64,000 nt of DNA from Octopus sinensis. Its lineage: Eukaryota. The position numbers were made by a program, and so were the translations under genes. Shown in pieces: positions 12,285 to 25,573 of the stretch. Within the stretch, counting starts at the first letter, position 1; each line of letters opens with the position of its first letter. The notes beneath the pieces are model-generated. The model saw only the letters and a program-made list of their open reading frames with translations, ran no database searches and had not been told where the DNA came from. The stretch spans positions 173,290,001 to 173,354,000 of the forward strand of contig NC_042997.1 of the NCBI RefSeq assembly GCF_006345805.1. Reading direction: 5' to 3'.

Positions 12285-12700
12285 TTTACTTAAATGATAA
12301 ATTTCTGGAAAGTTTTACAGATCTTTACAGTTCAAGTGATGGCTTGGATTTGTAGTTTTCTAATTGGCGTTCTCTTTCCAGGTTTTCAGAAGCCTAATTT
12401 CTCAAGGTTTTTATTTAGGCTGTGTGTTACAATATCCCAGTGCCCACGTAATTAGAAGTATAAGCCTGAACTTTTAATACGAGTAATGTAACTGACGATT
12501 TCTTTATAGTTTCGCTGATCTTGAGCTTTATGTTAACATCCGCTGGGCCGCTGATTTCTACAACTCTACACAGTTTCTCTTCTCTATCCCAAATTACTAT
12601 GTCGGGTATTTTATGTTTACATTTTACTAAGGTTTTCACTGGGACCGATCCACCAGTACTCCTTATTATTATGAGTGGCTATGGACGCTCCCATACTGTG
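12285..12700 (-). mobile_element. RLE LINE endonuclease fragment
   Basis: PDIVIWDREEKLCRVVEISGPADVNI (PD-(D/E)xK-like), then NLEKLGF...LQIQAI..TVKICKTFQ. Confidence 0.8.
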
Positions 12701-12799
12701 GGTTCTATCTTATTTTGATAATACCGGAACTTTCTTAATTGTGTATGTTTGTTCAGGTAGCAAGGATAGGTACATGTATACATAAATACCTTCAGCTTC

Positions 12800-13080
12800 T
12801 ATATTGAAATTACAAATTCACATTTACACCAATAATAATTGGTGCACTTGGTTTACTTCAGTAAATGCGTGAGTGACAATTTGGAAAAAGCTCAAGTTCT
12901 CAGGAAAAGAAATAAACTAGTTAACACATTACAAATACAATCTGTAAGCGGAACGGTAAAAATATGCAAAACTTTTCTCGAGTTCAAAATGTGGCATTAT
13001 TTTTGTTATCTACATTCCAACGATTGAGTCTGGTATTATAAACCAACTCTTTCCTTACAGGAAGATATGAACTAATTAAA
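12800..13080 (+). mobile_element. Related RLE LINE 3' end in opposite orientation
   Basis: IIIGALG...NLEK...LQIQSVSGTVKICKTFL. Confidence 0.7.
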
Positions 13081-14489
13081 AATAGAAGAAAACATACGTA
13101 CTAGCATACACATAAGACAAATAGAAAGAGAGAAATTGACAATAAGCAAGTAAGTTAATAAATTAGTCGGGAAACAAGAGTGAAAAGAAAGAAAACGCGA
13201 ACGACTGATGTAATGATTTTAAGAAATCAACGAATACAGCGTTAGGCGGAGAACAATAAACATGTCATAACAGGCTTTGTGGCTCCTAACACACTCGTAC
13301 CCACGCACAACGCACGCATACGCACACGCGCGTGCACACATACGCACACATATCGTACAAGCAAAACAACAGTATGGCGTCTTCATCGGGAGAAATATCG
13401 TCTGGAAGGAGCAGGGATTATGTTTTATCCCTTTTATTTCTATTTTTGTTGTATGTTTAGTAACGACAAAAGGAAGTTTCGGTGGTCGTCTGATTTTGGA
13501 AGAGGATGAAAGATGGCGGACGCGTGTCTGGCAATAGACGCTCTTGGCTATCTTGGATTAATTATTGTTGTTCAGGCAGAAAGCGTTTGATTGGATTAGA
13601 ATTTTTCCTTTTGATTTTGATTATACTGTTCATACAAACACGCATACACACAAACACACACATGCACACACACGTACATACATGCGCACACACACACACA
13701 CACGCGCACACACACGTACACCCCCCCACACACATGTATATATATATTCGCTTAAATTAAAAGACATCTTTATTTTCTCACCAGTATAAGATATCATATG
13801 AAAGAAGAACAAAAGCATATATAAAAACATCAAAAATCTTCAGATATGGAAACTCATTATCGTCATTTTTGCCGGCGGAAACAAGTTTTTATGGAATTAT
13901 CGAATTAGAAAATGAAACAGGGCCTTCAAAGCCTTGATAGATAATCTGGTGTTGTTTTTACAGCATAGAATAATTACTTATTCACAATATAATAAGCTGC
14001 ACACATTTTCAGGACGAATATAGTCATTTTATCTGAACCTAGTATTTCATTGAAGGCTTTTTTTGTTAGTTATTTTATCGATTTCGGAAGATTAAAAAGC
14101 AAAAATTGATCCATCTGGCCAAATTTAGCTTTCAACATTCGGAAATCATTTCTTAAAATTTAAGATATTGTCAGGCGCTCGGAGTCCTTTCTTTACTGGT
14201 TAGCACTGCAGCTAGTCGAGAACTAGTGCTAGACATGAGCGATGCTGTTGTGGAATTACTCCAGACGTCGACTGAACAATTTTCAGTGTTCCAACATCTT
14301 GAATGTCCAATTGAAAAGTCGCATATATTTTCGTTTATGCTCATTACGCTACTGTTCATACAAACACGCATACACACAGATACACACACATGTACACACA
14401 CACACACACACACACTCCGCTTAAATTAAAAGACATCTTATTTTCTCAGCAGTGAGCCTTATTCCACGTCATTTTTGACGGCACAAGAA

Positions 14490-14705
14490 GGCGACGAGAT
14501 GGCAGAATCGTTAGCAAGTCGGTCAAAATACTTAGCAGTATTTCGACCGTCTTCGCGTTCTGAGTTCAAATTCCGCCGGTGTCGACTTTGCCTTTTATCC
14601 CTTTGGAGTCGATAAGTTAGGTACCAGTGAAACACTGGGATCGATGTAATCGAGTAGCGTTCCCCCTTGAAATTTTCAGGCCTTCTGTCTCCAGTAGAAA
14701 GGATT
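14490..14705 (+). mobile_element. Family M SINE monomer, tail type B
   Basis: Head, core and aaattttcaggcctt...agtagaaaggatt tail. Confidence 0.8.
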
Positions 14706-15087
14706 GCTGACGGGACAATAACACACACACACACACACACACACAAAAGTCCAGGCGTAATTGTGTGCTTAAGGAGTACATTTCGCAATCACTTGGTTTC
14801 GGGTTCAGTCGTATTGCGCACGCGTATTGTGCGTGTACACATAGATAAATACATGTTCATATGTACATTAAGCCGTGCCAGCAAAACATACCAAAGACCA
14901 AATACATACATTTTACGTACGCACCATATCTAGTGCACACATACACATACATACACACACATACTCACATACATACATACACACATACATACATACATTC
15001 ATACATACATACATACATACATACATGCATGCATATATGTGTGTGCGTGTGCGTGTATATATGTGCATATACATAATATGAAAATTA

Positions 15088-15486
15088 TAATCCTTTCTAC
15101 TCTAGGCACATGGCCTGAAATTTGGGGGACGGGGATAGTCAATTACATTGACCCCAGTGTTTCACCGGTACTTAATTTATCGACCCCGAAAGAATGAAAG
15201 GCAAAGTTGACCGCGGCGGAATTTGAACTCAGAAGGTAGCGGCGGACGAAATACCTATTTCTTTACTACCCAGAAGGGGCTAAACACATAGAGGACAAAC
15301 AAGGACAGACAAACGGATTAAGTCGATTATATCGACCCCAGTGCGTAACTGGTACTTAATTTATCGATCACGAAAGGATGAAAGGCAAAGCCGACCTTGG
15401 CGGAATTTGAACTCAGAACGTAACAGCAGACGAAATACGGTTACGCATTTCGCCCGGCGTGCTAACGATTCTGCCAGCACGCCACC
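15088..15486 (-). mobile_element. Family M SINE heterodimer (tail A unit plus tail B unit)
   Basis: Junction gtagtaaagaaata|ggtatttcg on the minus strand. Confidence 0.85.
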
Positions 15487-16507
15487 TTAGACTCAAATGT
15501 ACCACTCGCATAAAAGCGTCCCCCGAGCATTGCTTTCACTATCTATGCTACTGTACGTTGAACTTGTTCCTGTTATATTTCAGCTTTATTGAGATTCCTA
15601 TCGACAATATATACCTATCATCAAAGACACTCCAATACTGAACTTCCACCGTCTGCTCACGGCTTCATTGTATAATGTTTTTTCTTATATTTTCGAAGAA
15701 GAGGAATGTGTTTTATGAGGAAACCTAGCTACTGTTTCTTACACCTTAATCGACTATGTAAATATTCCCTCACTGGCTTGCTCAATTATCTCCAGTCCAA
15801 CCCAGTTCTAATAGTACAGATCGCGATCTTCCTTTGACTTTTTAGAGATCTCTAGCACTACATAATCCTATATGTGTGTTTTGTCTTAAGACGGTGTATT
15901 TACGATATGATGGATAATCTGGTTTTAATATGTAGCAGCTTAAGAGACCAGGTAAATATTTCTTCACTGGCTTGTTTCTACTGAACTTTTACAGCTCCAT
16001 GGGAATTCCGACTGTGTGGCTGCCAATTGCTCTCGTCTGATACAAGCTGTTGTCGTATGGCTTTATTTATGTTGTCAAAAGAGAGCCACTGGCTGAGCTG
16101 ATCTTTGTATGGCTTCCTGGAGCGAATCGATCTCATGATTTCCTCGTTGATCATATAATCTTGCCACCCGCATCTCCTTGTCAACCAACAGCCGGTAATG
16201 TTGGTGGAAACATTCGAGCAGTCTCGTGATTATAATGGCTGATATTGCTATTGTTGCTGTTTATCTCCATCTCAGCTCTGCTTCAACATACTTGATATCA
16301 TGCTTTTTAGCCATGGCCAATCCATCTCAGTTTCCTAGCACTACACTTTACCTAACGGTCCTATCCTTATTTAGAAGTCAGGGTACGATGATTTGAGGGA
16401 GCTTTTAGAGCTATTTTCACCAGGCCAGGCGAATGAATACGTAGAAGCCATATCGGTGGCGCGTTAACTTAGGTGTTGATGTTGCTATCATCGTTCTCTT
16501 TTAGTAA

Positions 16508-16720
16508 GGCGGCCAGCTGGTTGAACCGCTAGTACTCCGAACAAAATGCTTACCCGCTTTTCGTCAGTTTTTACGTACTGAGTTAAAATTCTGCCAAGGT
16601 CGACTTTGCCTTTCATTCTTTCGGGGTCGATAAAATAAGTACCAGTGAAGTACTAGGGCACGATGTAATCGACTAATCTCCTCCCTCCAAAAACTGCTGG
16701 CCTTGTGATAAAATTTGAAA
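16508..16720 (+). mobile_element. Old family M SINE, tail B
   Basis: Core match. Confidence 0.7.
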
Positions 16721-16854
16721 CCTTTGTTCTCTTTCAGTATAAGTGACAAACAGGGATACGAAAGATATATATATTGAAGCGACAGTTCATCATTGTACAA
16801 GAAGTATTATAAGCAGATATTATCCAGGATGCACATAGACACACACACACACAC

Positions 16855-16916
<62 letters not shown>

Positions 16917-18247
16917 AGCTAATCATTTTATGAAGGAACAAGGATGAACAGACGTTGTAGAATCCGCTCGGAATTGAACTTTGGATGTAGAATTGCGAAA
17001 CAAAATATTGTAAGTCCGTTGATCACAGATTTCTATTAATCATTAAGCAAAACAGATATAACGAAATAAACTATTAAAGGCATTTTTTATTTCGTTTATA
17101 GTATTCCTTAGTTTCTTTACATGCTACATTTCTAGTTATTGGTTTCAAACTTTGGTGCAAGGCCAACAATTTTAGAGGAAGGATAAGTCGATTATACCGA
17201 TTCCAGCAATCAATCGGTGCTAATTTTATTCACCCCGAAAAGATGAAAGGCCAACAAAAAAAAAAGACAAAAAAAATCGATGTTGATGGAATTTGAACTT
17301 AGACTGTAGATTCGGACGAACTACCACCAAGAATTTTTCCCGGCGAGATAACGATTCTGCCAGATAGCAAGTACTAGGCTTACAAAGAATAAGTTCTGGG
17401 GTCGTTTTGCTCGACTAAAGGCAGTGCTCAAGCATGGCCACAGTCACATGACTGAAACAAGTAAAAGAGTACAGAGAGTAATCCGAATTCATGGGCCGCA
17501 GCTCCACAATGGCATTTATGTGAATAAAACACAAAAAGTCTGAAGTAAAGGGCAACTCCGAGGTGTGTGTACTTGTCGATAAAGGGCGTTGATAGACAAA
17601 TAGGGCACCACGTTGAGCTTAGTACCTCTGTCAACAATTGTGAGGCTGCACGAATTCAGGCGAGACGGTATTGACCGAGGGACGACTGTGGAAACTATAA
17701 TTGCCAGGGTCTTGTTGATTAGTGTAATTTGGCACAAAATGAATCTGGAATCACAGGAATGTCTGTCTGATAAATACTTCTTTTAACTGGAAACTGTACG
17801 TAGCAATATGGCGTAGAAGTGTTATCCGCTTCACACGTTTAAGTTAATCAAACTTGAAAACAACATATATCTTTAAATATCACATTTGTATGAGTTTTTC
17901 TTTATTTTTTCGTGGTAAAAGAAAAACACTGCAAGCAAGGAAAACAGTATTGACTGGCTATCTCGCTCTCACACTCATACAATCTCGTCATGGTGTTTAA
18001 TAAAGACGAGAACAAACGAAAATATCGCTTTACAACACCCACGCCTACCAAACAGGTTCGAATGTCAGGTTTTCTACACTTAAAAGAATAAAAATAACAT
18101 TGAAATTCGATAGGATACTAGATTTCCGTATTTTTAATCAACCTCACAGACACATATACACGAACACGCAAATACACACTTGCTCAAACAAATGTGTGTG
18201 CGCGCGTGTATGTATGTATATATATATATTTATATACACATATCTAA

Positions 18248-18297
<50 letters not shown>

Positions 18298-18373
18298 CTC
18301 TATCTATGTATACTATATTATATGTGTCTGTGAATATATATATACACACACACATATATATATTATATATATA

Positions 18374-18494
<121 letters not shown>

Positions 18495-18648
18495 ATATAT
18501 ATACATACATATATATATGTATTTTTACAATATGGGTGTGGTCACTCATACTCTATCACAGACTATACGTATATATATTACACACGTTTTAGCAGTTAAC
18601 ATAATACATGTCTCTTGCTCTTCGTGTTTGTGTGTGTTTGCGAGTATG

Positions 18649-18688
<40 letters not shown>

Positions 18689-19083
18689 AACACACATAAC
18701 TGACACACATATGTATCTAATTATACATAACCCAGCACACAACACAACAATTTAACTTACATACACAAATATACATACATCCAACAATACTATAATTGAC
18801 AACACCCGTACACTCATTTCAAATTAACGTTTACGATCGCATGCACGCAACTCACAACAACATATATTGACACAATAAAAAAATGTCTCACACGCACACC
18901 CGTCGCATGCACACATACACTTACACATACATATACATACATATACACACACACGTATTCGTTCGAAGATCAGAGATGCGGCGTCCGGAATAACGATTGG
19001 TGAAGTTTACCGGTTCGAATAAACTCTATTCTACTCTTAATTTGGCATTGAGCCTTATTTCGCAATCATTCCTGCCTCACACA

Positions 19084-19124
<41 letters not shown>

Positions 19125-19273
19125 ATAATTATGTATATAACTAGCTATTTACACACATACTCACGCATACACATTCATTCACACACAAATATATTTATAT
19201 GTAGATATATACGGGTAAGAGGATAAACGTAAGAAAAGGATACTCAATACATAGAGTTGGAGTTACAAATATA

Positions 19274-19694
19274 CTTTTCTACTCTAGGCACAAGGCCCGA
19301 AATTTTTGGAGAGGGAGCCTGTCGATTAGATTGACCTCAGTATGCAACTGGTACTTAATTTATCGACCCCGAAAGGATGAAAAGCAAAGTCGACCTCGGT
19401 GGAATTTGAACTCAGAATGTAAAGACAGACAGAATACCGCTAAGCATTTCGCCCGGAGTGCCAGCGTTTCTTATTTCTTTATTGCCCACAAGGGGCTAAA
19501 CATAGAGGGAACAAACAAGGACAGACAGACGGATTAAGTCGATTAAATCGACCCCAGTGCGTAACTGGTACTTATTTAATCGACCCCGAAAGGATGAAAG
19601 GCAAAGTCGACCTCGGCGGAATTTGAACTCAGAACGTAACGGTAGACGAAATACCACTAAGCATTTCGCTAACGTTTCTGCCAGCTCGTCGCCT
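19274..19694 (-). mobile_element. Family M SINE heterodimer with TSD
   Basis: ttggagttaca(a/t)atat at 19257 and 19695 flanks both units. Confidence 0.85.
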
Positions 19695-19719
19695 TTGGAG
19701 TTACATATATTATTGTATG

Positions 19720-20045
19720 TGAAGACGTGTGACTTGGTGGTAAGGGTATTCGGCTTATGATCGTAAGGCTATGAGTTCAATTACCAGCGATGCATTGTGT
19801 CCTTGAGCAAGACACTTTATCTCACGCTATTCCAGTACAGTCAGCTGGCAAAAATGAGTAGTATCTGTATTTCAAAAGGTCACTTTTGTCACATTCTGCG
19901 TCACGCTGAATCTCTCTGAGAACTGCTAAGGCAACACATGTCTGTGGAGTGCTTAGCCACTTACTTGTACGTTAATTTCAAAAGCAGGCTGTTCCAGTGA
20001 TCGGATCAACTGGAACTCTCGTCATCATAACTGACGGGGTGCCAG
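19720..20045 (+). mobile_element. CORE-like SINE carrying the family B 3' module
   Basis: tRNA head, tccttgagcaagacact, then a tail matching the reverse complement of 3895-4075. Confidence 0.75.
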
Positions 20046-20756
20046 TTATATAAAACCTTAACTCATTTACGCTCAGTTTATCGAATTGAATAAAATGAGC
20101 CTGAATGAACTTGGTTTCTGTGAAAATGAATTTTTTTTTTTATCCTTTAGTGTGGAGGGAAGGCGGTGCCCATGACCAGTTACGAGACCTCTGAGCATAG
20201 GAGAAAGGAAGAAAGGTATCTTCAAACCAAATTTCTGGCTCCAATTCTTGCAACAGAGTGGACTTCTCTAAAGTCCCCCACAGTACCAAGTGATTGTGTT
20301 AAATCAGACGACGACTTAAATCTACCACTCAAGTAGAAAACAGCGGAATTTGAGCTTAGAATGTAGAACATCGAGAAAAATTTCACAAAGAATTCTGTCC
20401 AACAGTTTTACAGTTCTGCCTTAGGTAGGTACTTTTTTATCGACCTCATTGTGAGGAAAGAACATATTTGAGCTCAACAGGATTTGAACCTAGGGAACAT
20501 AGTTACAAATAAAATTTACTCCGAAACCTTCTGGCCAGCGCTCTGACGACTCTGCGAATTTGCCATTAGGATGTCAGTCCGTGCATTTTTAGTTTGTCTC
20601 TATACTTCAAAGATTCTTACTTCGCTACACACTGTAACGTGGTGGGCCTGTCTAATTATTTCGTTGTTGCTTAGATTCAGGTCAAACCTGATTGTGCTAG
20701 GTCATGATCAAAAGCATCCCATCTTGGTTTTTTATGTCAAAAAATATCTTGTATCT

Positions 20757-21176
20757 GCGAGCTGGCAGAAACGTTAGCACACCGGGTGAAAGGCTTAGTT
20801 GTATTTCGTCTGCTGTTACGTTCTGAGTTCAAATTCGGCCGAGGTCGACTTTGCCTTTCATCCTCTCTGGGTCGATAAATTAAGTACCAGTTACGCACTG
20901 GGGTCGATGTAATCGACTTAATCCGTTTGTCTATCCTTGTTTGCCCTCTCTGTGTTTAGCCCCTTGTGGGTAGTAAAGAAATAGGTATTTCGTCTGCTCT
21001 ACGTTCTGAGTTCAAATTCCGCCGAGGTCGACTTTGCCTTTCATCCTCTCTGGGTCGATAAATTAAGTACCAGTTACGCACTGGGGTCGATGTAATCGAC
21101 TTAATCCGTTTGTCTGTCCTTGTTTGTCCCCTCTATGTTTAGCCCCTTGTGGGCAATAAATAAATAAGAAATAAGA
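20757..21176 (+). mobile_element. Family M SINE dimer
   Basis: Two units; TSD-like aatatcttgta on both sides. Confidence 0.85.
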
Positions 21177-21199
21177 ATATCTTGTACCTCAACCTTACA

Positions 21200-21710
21200 T
21201 TGAATATTGCTGTCATCTTTGGACTGGTGCCTCTAGTGAGTGCCTCCATTTGCTTGATGGAATTGAGAATCGAATTGTTAGCATGATGGGTCCACTACTC
21301 TGTGGTAGGTCGGAGACTTTGGCTCATCGTCGAAACGTGCTTTCATTCAGTCTTTTCCATGAGTATTTCCATATCTATTGCTCTAATGAACTTTCTTGCC
21401 TAGAGCCTTCTGTAAAGACCTTTAAATATGCCACTAGCTTCCCTTTCCAGACAAATCGTTTTTCTCTTAAGCTTCCTGTTACTCATCATCCCCTTCAGTC
21501 TAATAGGTTCTGCCCTCGAACAGTGGCTCTCTAGAACTCACTGCCATCGACTTTTTTTTTACCTCTGGTCTGTAACATTCATCTCTTAATCTGTCTGTCA
21601 ATCGACTTTTTTTTTTTGAATTGGTGAACCGTTTCTTTTCCTTTTTGTAGTCTCTTACGCTGCGGTGGCCACAAGCCTTGTCTGAGATAAAGCCGTAAAA
21701 TAAAAAATAA
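21200..21710 (+). mobile_element. Decayed APE-LINE (Jockey/L2-like group) 3' end
   Basis: LAHRRNV..FSLF..YF...CSNEL...PRTVAL.NSLP motif and A-rich end. Confidence 0.7.
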
Positions 21711-22429
21711 AAAACATCTAAGATTACATTGCTTATCCTATGCGTCACTATTCCTTTCTAAAGAGATAGGATGCGATTTGAGAAAGTGAGTGTTTCATTA
21801 TGGCAAACGCGCGTGATTCTCCGACCGCTGCGACGAAGGTCTGTTGTCTGTTTGTGGTTTCTAGAAGAGTGAGTATTGACATGAACTAGAAAAAGTATAT
21901 GGAGCATGAACAGCACAGACACAAAACGTATAATGACAGATGCTTGTGCGACATAAGTGTCAGACTATAAGTGTTTGATGCTGTTAAACTGTGTAAGACG
22001 GAAAAGAAAATGAAAATCGAAACAGACTAAAAACACTAGAGGTTTCAAGTTCGAGTATCCTTCTCTCAGGTTCCTTAACACACGCTTATAAACACACACA
22101 TACATATGCTCATGGATATACTCATATTATGGTAAAGCTGTTGACTCTTCAGAATATGATAGGTTTTGTTTGCGCTTTTCACACCGTTGCGTGTCTAAAA
22201 ATCATCCTTATCTTCGAGTTGGACAGGGAGTTTCCAGTTTAGTCACTGACGAGTCGACCATGCGACAGGATGTACTGGCTTACATGTTATACAAATAGCA
22301 ATCACAAGCAAAGGAGGGAGTGGTCAGGCAAACGGGCAGCAGACAAGTAGTCAAATAACTAGCAGCATGCATACATATATATATATTCATTCATGCATAC
22401 ATACAAACATGCATATATATACATACATA

Positions 22430-22630
22430 AATCTGCAGTTGGTCAACCTGAACAATAGCTTTCAATTTATACCTATAATTACTAGGGAACCTAGATACGT
22501 AAATAAACACCAATCTTGAGAAGCTGCGCATCACAAAACCACGAAGATCACGGTTAATTAAGAGATTACATCCACAGTTAATTAAAGGCACTATCAAAAC
22601 AAATAAGGCATTCTAGAAATTTAGCGTATG
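22430..22630 (+). mobile_element. Old RLE LINE C-terminal fragment beside (TACA)-like repeats
   Basis: FIPIIT...NLEKL...LIKRL...GTIK, similar to the 12285 and 45530 copies. Confidence 0.5.
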
Positions 22631-22701
22631 ATAAGCGCATATACGCTCTTGTAGCCATACAATCATATGTATGCATATAAGTTATTTAAGTCAAAACCTA
22701 T

Positions 22702-22929
22702 TTCTTTATTACCCACAAGGGGCTAAACATAGAGGGTACAAACAAGGACACACAAACGGATTAAGTCAATTATATCGACCTCAGTGCGTAACTGGTACTT
22801 ATTTAATCGACCCCGAAAGGATGAAAGACAAAGTCGACCTCGGTGGAATTTGAACTCAGAACGAAACGGCAGACGAAATACGGCTACGCATTTCGCCCGG
22901 CGTGCTAACGTTTCTGCCAGCTCGCCGCC
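22702..22929 (-). mobile_element. Family M SINE monomer with 18-bp TSD
   Basis: atttaagtcaaaacctat at 22684-22701 and 22934-22951. Confidence 0.9.
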
Positions 22930-23114
22930 GTTAATTTAAGTCAAAACCTATAGATACACAAATGTAATAACATCCATGCCTATACATATGTACATGTGTG
23001 AACATACATAAGTGTATGCATGCAGGCTTAAATATATACATACTAGCAGAAAGAGCGCCCTCCATGCGGTTTTCTGCAAGTCAAACCTGGAGTGTGTGTA
23101 GGTTTATATTAGAC

Positions 23115-23340
23115 CGGCGAGCTGGCAGAAACGTTAGCGCGCCGGGGCGAAATGCTTAGCGGTATTTCGTCTGTCGTTACGTTCTGAGTTCAAATTCCGC
23201 CGAAGTCGACTTTGCCTTTCATCTTCTCGGGGTCGATAAATAAAGTATCAGTTTCGCAATGGGTCGATGTAATCTACTTAATCCCTTTGTCTGTCCTTGT
23301 TTGTCCCCTCTATGTTTAGCCCCCTGTGGGTAGTAAAAAA
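23115..23340 (+). mobile_element. Family M SINE monomer
   Basis: Head, core and tail A; tatattaga on both sides. Confidence 0.85.
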
Positions 23341-23392
23341 ATATATATTAGAGACAGTGTGTGTTTATATTAGAGAGACAGTGTGTGTGTGT

Positions 23393-23440
<48 letters not shown>

Positions 23441-24970
23441 GTGGGGAGAGAACATTGCAAGCAATGAATGAAGTAAACATGAAATGAAAAAATATTATAA
23501 GTAGAAGCTCGTTAGAAACTATCGTGTACCTAATATTTAAATTTGTGAACTTGGAATATTCAATAATAAAAGGAAGTTCAGAAAGTAAATTTTCATGAAA
23601 ACTTCAATTTATAAAAAATCTCACTTGCTTAGTAAATATTTCTTTTAGTAATTTATCGTACTTGTAGTATATCTCTAATTTAAACAAATTTTAGAGTGCT
23701 AGAAATAGCATCGATCACAGTTATTATTGTAAGGTTTATAGCGCTCCAAGCAGCCATACCAAGAAAATCACTTCTTAATTAAAAAAAAAAAAATAATATC
23801 TGTATATCAAAAAATTTTCATTTTATGAAAAATAAGCCCCAAATTTATACATCTATTTTGTCTAGTAGCATTAATTCATTCAATAAAACATTTTTTACAT
23901 TACACATATAAAATAAACTGGGTTTTGCAAATAGCGAATTAGAACTTGAAATGAAGATTCTGAAATCAATATATATTAATTCATCATTAATAAATATAGA
24001 GGCGAGAGAGAGAGAGAGAGAGAGACTGTTGCAAACCATTTGTGTGTGTGTTTTTTTTTTTTATCAGAGTACAAAGTTTAACGGAGCTTATGTGAAGCAA
24101 GCCAGATCGACTCTTGTACGCTACTGGTACTTAATTTATCGACCCTGAAAAGATGAAAGGCAAAGTCGACCTCGGCGGAAATTGAACTCAGAACATAAAG
24201 ACAGACGAAATACTGATAAAAATTTCGTCCGGCGTGCTAACGTTCCTGCTAGCTCGCCGCCTTTCACAAACTGCAATATTACACCTTATTAACTCTTCTA
24301 CAAACAACTACGAAACCAATACAGAAGACTCCTGTAATGTAACAGTTTCGCCTAATAAAATTAGAAATAACGGGTTTTATTTGTTTAAGTGAGGGTATTT
24401 TTTAAATATCTGACCCCACCAAAATATTTCCTTATTTTTTTTATCAATTTTTTTTTTCACGAAAAGGAAATCTAAAACACCTATGGAAGTTTTCTGGAAA
24501 TATAAAAGAAATAAAAAAACAAACCAACGAACCCGTCCGAAATTAGAGGCTGTGTCAGCACTTATTTGTAGTTTTAAAAGCCGTTCTAAAGAATCTCGAT
24601 CGAATACTTTATAAAAGTATTAATATATATAAATTACATGGATAAAGAACATGAATATCTTGTAATAGCTATATTAGTTTTTGATGAAAGTAATGCGAAT
24701 TCAAAAATCAGAACATTAGTATTGCACTGCTTTACTTTCTGAAAATTTAAAATGCTGTTCTTTCAATTTATTAAGGATAAAAATGTAATTGCAAATGCAA
24801 ATAAAATATATTTATACATATTAAATGTAAAGGAAATATAAAGTAATTTTATATTTATATATATATTCCTATATTCGTAAATATCATACGCAATAAAAGA
24901 AATAGGGAGAATTCTTGTAAATCACACAATCCTAATCAGATTTTGATTGAAAGGGAAACAACAAAATTGA

Positions 24971-25573
24971 GGCGGCGAGCTGGCAGAAACGTTAGCATGC
25001 CGGGTGAAATGCGTAGCCGTATTTCGTCTGCCGTTACGTTCTGAGTTCATATTCCGTCGAGGTCGACTTTGCCTTTTATCCTTTCGGGGTCGATTAAATA
25101 AGTACCAGTTACGCACTGGGGTCGATATAATCGATTTAATCCATTTGTCTGTCCTTGTTTGTCCCCTCTGTGTTTAGCCCCTTGTGGGTAGTAAAAAATA
25201 GGTATTTCGTCTGCCGTTACATTCTGTGTTCAAATTCCGCCGAGGTCAACTTTGCCTTTCATCCTTTCGGGGTCGATAAATTAAGTACCAGTTACGCACT
25301 GGGGTCGATATAATCAACTTAATCCGTTTGTCGGTCCTTGTTTTTCCCCTCTATGTTTAGCCCCCTGTGGGTAGTAAAGAAATAGGTATTTCGGTTTCTG
25401 TTACGTTCTGAGTTCAATTTCCGCCGAGGTCAACTTTGTCTTTCATCCCGTCGGGGTCGATAAATTAAGTACCAGTTACGCACCGGGGTCGATGTAATCG
25501 ACTTAATCCGTTTGTCTGTCCTTGTTCGTCCCCTCTATGTTTAGCTCCTTATGGGCAATAAAGAAATAAGAAA
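24971..25573 (+). mobile_element. Family M SINE trimer
   Basis: One head plus three ~185-bp units with equivalent junctions. Confidence 0.9.

Noticed and set aside
13508-13520. YY1-like aagatggcgg promoter motif
   Set aside because: Single short motif with no other promoter evidence
15978-16184. RTE-like WQDY..NEEI fragment
   Set aside because: Single weak motif
24971-25573. CRISPR-like regular repeats
   Set aside because: Units are contiguous SINE copies without unique spacers; eukaryotic context and no cas genes
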